Shown piece after piece: positions 34,746 through 37,330 of a DNA stretch of 37,330 bases. The stretch covers positions 1-37,330 of the forward strand of contig CAZMMW010000002.1 in assembly GCA_964567515.1 (NCBI GenBank), written 5' to 3'. The stretch comes from an uncultured Gammaproteobacteria bacterium (GTDB lineage: Bacteria; Patescibacteriota; Patescibacteriia; Veblenbacterales; UBA10138). A program made the position numbers and the translations under genes. Under the pieces are notes generated by a model. The model saw only the letters and a list, made by a program, of their open reading frames with translations. It did no database searches and was not told the DNA's origin. Every line of letters begins with the position of its first letter. The first letter of the stretch is position 1.

Positions 34746-36107
34746 CTATACCACCTCCTTTCGAGCGTCTTTCTGTTTTATAGTGCCATTCTCAGTCATA
34801 ACTTCTAAAAGCAGAGAATGTGTTACTTTTTTAAAAACCTCACATCGATACCAAAACGCTTCTAGTGAGTTGGTATATTTACCATATTCTGAAGTTATGT
34901 AACATCCACCCATACACTGCCCTTCAATTTCGCAACCTTTACACGCTTTGATGTTTCCTATAACCCGCGAGGTGATAAGAGAACGGAAACTATCAGATTG
35001 AAAAATATCGTCTAACCCTTCTACCGTTCCTAATTCAGTACGACTATAGGAGCAAGGTAAAACAATCCCTGAGGGAGAAACAGATATTCCCATTCCAGTA
35101 AAAGCCGAGCAATTAAAGAGTTTATTCTTGAGTCGAGATTCAAACATATTTTTGAATGGTTTATCCCACAAACCACCAACTGTGATATTTCTTTTTTCTC
35201 CTAGTTTCTTAAACCACAACAACATATCAACTAGCTCATCGGGATCCTTTTGAAGAGAATTAATCATGTCAGGTTCAAAAGAACATGAGGTAATACCACG
35301 ATCGGCTAAAAAATCAAAGAAATTTTCTTTAATTCTATCAATATTCTGATCTGTGAGTGTTAAACAAAACCATTCAACTTTCTTACCTTCTTTATCCAGA
35401 TTATCCCATCCTGAGATAATACGCCGAAAAGTACCGTTGCCAGAAACTAATCGACGAATTTGGTCGTTTACCTCTAATGGCCCATCTAAACTCGTAGTAA
35501 CTGTAACATTATTTTGCGCTAAGTAACCTGCTCGTGTTGGCGTTATTAAAGACGCATTACTATTGGTAGAAAATGCAAATTCATAACTATTACCATACCT
35601 ACCAACAGAATAATCTATCACTTTTTGCATCAAATTCCACGCTAGTAACGGCTCACTGCCGCCAAAATAAATCTCAACTTTATTCCTTTGTCTCCTCTTA
35701 ATAAAATTCATAAACCTATCAATTGCATTTTTGGCAATAGACCAAGTCATCCGACGCACTTTTGACAACTTCTTGTTAGAAGCCTCTATAACCTTCCGTG
35801 CTAAACAATATGAACAATTGAAGTTACAACGCTCATCTAAAATTAACCCTAGAGAAGACAGGTGTTGCCCCCTACAAATTCTATCAATATACTTCTTTAT
35901 CGTCCGATGTAAATGTATTCTTTCATCTTGCCACTCGGGAATTAAAAAATGGTGTTTAATAAATAAATGAAGCCACTGCTCTAAATTCTCAATGGTATAT
36001 TGAGCTTGTATGTCTTGTAAACTGCAGGGGCGGCGAAAAAGATTGAGAACAAAAATACACTGTTCGTTTAGAATTATAGGGTGCCCAAAGAGAGAATTAT
36101 AAACCAA
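34746..36107 (-). CDS. radical SAM/SPASM-domain peptide maturase
   Basis: CNFNCSYCLA about 95 aa from the N-terminus. SPASM: FNCSAFTGMGISVSPSGIVLPC and CKGCEIEGQCMGGC. The track start is a TTG. The frame stays open to 36200 with family-like sequence (HLIIKKYQDGTLVYNSL) but no ATG/GTG, so the start is uncertain. Confidence 0.88.
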   Translation of the reverse strand: MVYNSLFGHPIILNEQCIFVLNLFRRPCSLQDIQAQYTIENLEQWLHLFIKHHFLIPEWQDERIHLHRTIKKYIDRICRGQHLSSLGLILDERCNFNCSYCLARKVIEASNKKLSKVRRMTWSIAKNAIDRFMNFIKRRQRNKVEIYFGGSEPLLAWNLMQKVIDYSVGRYGNSYEFAFSTNSNASLITPTRAGYLAQNNVTVTTSLDGPLEVNDQIRRLVSGNGTFRRIISGWDNLDKEGKKVEWFCLTLTDQNIDRIKENFFDFLADRGITSCSFEPDMINSLQKDPDELVDMLLWFKKLGEKRNITVGGLWDKPFKNMFESRLKNKLFNCSAFTGMGISVSPSGIVLPCSYSRTELGTVEGLDDIFQSDSFRSLITSRVIGNIKACKGCEIEGQCMGGCYITSEYGKYTNSLEAFWYRCEVFKKVTHSLLLEVMTENGTIKQKDARKEVV

Positions 36108-36277
36108 AGTCCCATCTTGATATTTCTTAATAATTAGATGGGGAGACTGAATGAATCTATTTCTATTATTGTCAATTATAGTTAACCTCTTTTTTTGTTC
36201 TTAGTCGTTTCTACTCACTCCAATAGCAATTAAACGAGATAGAATATTTTTAAAGTACTGTTTGGAGTATTCTATTT

Positions 36278-36317
36278 TAATATCAAATACACCATATTAA
36301 TATCAAATACACCATAT
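36278..36317. repeat. perfect 2 x 20-bp tandem direct repeat
   Basis: taatatcaaatacaccatat occurs twice. On the minus strand it yields TTGATA-17/18-ATATTA/TATTAA, a possible promoter or operator for the rSAM-P3 operon. Confidence 0.8.
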
Positions 36318-36334
36318 TGTTAAATGGCGATTTA

Positions 36335-36363
36335 ACAAAAACCCGCTCGCTATTCAGCGAACG
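36335..36363 (-). terminator. minus-strand intrinsic terminator upstream of the rSAM-P3 promoter region
   Basis: On the minus strand: CGTTCGCT gaat AGCGAGCG (8 bp, one G-U pair), then ggtttttgtt. Confidence 0.45.
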
Positions 36364-36647
36364 AGTTTCACTATTCATTCTTCTTTCTTTTACCTTCCAG
36401 CTTCTAGCCACCATGGACAGATTAGTTTTAAAAATTTCAACTACAACATTTACAACATTACAACAAATAAAACAGCTTCTAGTTTCCAAATTCCAAAATT
36501 ATTACTGAAAACCAATAACTAACTAGGAACTAAAAAGATTCCAACATTTACAACACTATAACAAATTAAACTCAAAACTTAATTTTTCATTTTTAATTTT
36601 TAACTTTAAACTCTCATCACAGCTTTTGGCAGTATAAGCCAGTTACT
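36357..36647. repeat. R2 copy 3 (longest, with about 95 bp of internal extra sequence)
   Basis: Collinear with copy 1 at both ends. Internal partial duplication: caacatttacaacattacaacaaataaaac versus caacatttacaacactataacaaattaaac. Confidence 0.85.
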
Positions 36648-36882
36648 CTACCAAGATCAGGATCTATATAAACTCCAACCACAAACTCGCCATTAGGACA
36701 AGAGGATGCACCTTGCTCAAAACTATTAATCCGGAACTAAAAGATTTATCTGATGATATTACTTAGATGCTGAAATACCTGTCCGCCGTCCGCCTTCCTG
36801 ATGAGTGTACCTAAACCACCAATTCGTTGATGGGTTGATAACAAACGGAGGCAGCTTTGGATTTAGACTTTGGCAGACGGGA

Positions 36883-37219
36883 GTTCAGCCTGACGGTTGT
36901 TATTGTCATCCTGAACATTACCTTTCTGTCATCCTGAGCGCCAAGCGAAGAATCTCATGGACGATAGGGTTTAACAATGGGATGTTTCGCTAATACTCAA
37001 CATGACAATGTTTCCTGTCATTCTGAGGCTTCAGCCGAAGAATCTCATGGACAACAGGGTTTTAACCAGGGGATGTTTCGCTAATACTCAACATGACGAT
37101 TGTCGTTGTCATTCTGAGGCTTCAGCCGAAGAATCTAAGAGATGTTTTGTTAGCGCTTAACATGACATATAATAAAAAGCCGATTCTGTTTAGAATCGGC
37201 TTGAATTAATATAAGGTAC
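36883..37219. repeat. R1-R: array of the roughly 100-bp palindromic unit, one unit longer than R1-L
   Basis: Direct repeat of 26804-27055. Both copies end in gaatcggcttgaatt(g/a)atataaggtac. Confidence 0.85.
37171..37202 (-). terminator. rho-independent terminator for the right-edge minus-strand gene
   Basis: aagccgattct gttt agaatcggctt has an 11-bp stem. On the minus strand it is followed by tttttatt. A degraded copy lies at about 27010-27038. Confidence 0.6.
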
Positions 37220-37230
37220 GATTGGTTTTT

Positions 37231-37329
37231 CTATTTCAGGAAAACCATTTTTTTGGTTTCGCGGTAATCCGCGGTTTGCAATCTGTAAAAGTACATACCG
37301 CTTGGCAGTCCATCAGCGTTCCAGGTTGC
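37231..37329 (-). CDS. C-terminal 32 aa of a protein with a T9SS type A (Por) sorting-domain-like tail (partial, continues off-window)
   Basis: ATWNADGLPSGMYFYRLQTADYRETKKMVFLK* matches the G..SG.YFYRL......tKKmv.lK C-terminal pattern. Confidence 0.6.
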   Translation of the reverse strand, partial: ATWNADGLPSGMYFYRLQTADYRETKKMVFLK

Positions 37330-37330
37330 C

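Noticed and set aside
34672-34902. The 76-aa plus-strand ORF overlapping the P3 peptide and the rSAM 3' end.
   Set aside because: It is antisense to a strongly supported SD-ATG micro-ORF and to the rSAM C-terminus. Its product is low-complexity and no RBS is present.
27056-36882. The island as a classical mobile element (transposon, ICE or prophage).
   Set aside because: - No integrase, transposase, recombinase or phage genes are present.
- I could find no target-site duplication and no tRNA attachment site.
- The flanks are long direct repeat arrays, which points to homologous recombination instead.
36283-36993. ORFs 36283-36489 (-), 36317-36508 (+) and 36805-36993 (+).
   Set aside because: They run through the R2 and R1 repeat sequence. 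The DGCYCHPEHY segment of the last ORF is just the translated R1 unit, and the same string recurs as the false N-terminus at 28123. None has an SD.

Overview
This is a low-GC bacterial window in two parts.

**Core region (about 1-26.7 kb).** Everything is on the minus strand and densely packed:
- lgt, three tandem membrane-anchored DsbA-like thioredoxins, CcdA and DedA
- gatC-gatA and ligA
- a complete monoderm-style type IV pilus locus: four pseudopilins, pilD, two GT-C-like membrane proteins, the major pilin, pilC, a degenerate pilT-like gene, pilB and pilM/N/O
- a 688-aa secreted protein with 26 cysteines

No secretin is present. The intergenic gaps hold families of long AT-rich palindromes. 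One palindrome encloses a four-helix-bundle ORF.

**Accessory island (about 27.06-36.88 kb).** It is bounded by direct arrays of a roughly 100-bp palindromic repeat (R1) and subdivided by three copies of a second repeat (R2). It contains:
- an AbiEii-type toxin pair
- three radical SAM/SPASM genes: one intact on the plus strand, one intact on the minus strand, and one 5'-truncated
- a small Cys-rich ORF with a strong Shine-Dalgarno next to each of those genes; none appears in the ORF track
- a transglutaminase-like cysteine protease, plus a 5' remnant of a second copy
- two HExxH proteins and an MFS transporter

I read the island as a modular, partly decayed RiPP (thioether-type?) locus that I cannot assign to a named family.

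**Right edge.** The window ends in the C-terminus of a protein with a T9SS-type sorting tail. This is unexpected next to a secretin-less pilus locus.

**Limits.** All family calls rest on motif recognition by eye. No database search or folding was run. Lineage is uncertain (CPR/Patescibacteria-like or another uncultivated low-GC group).
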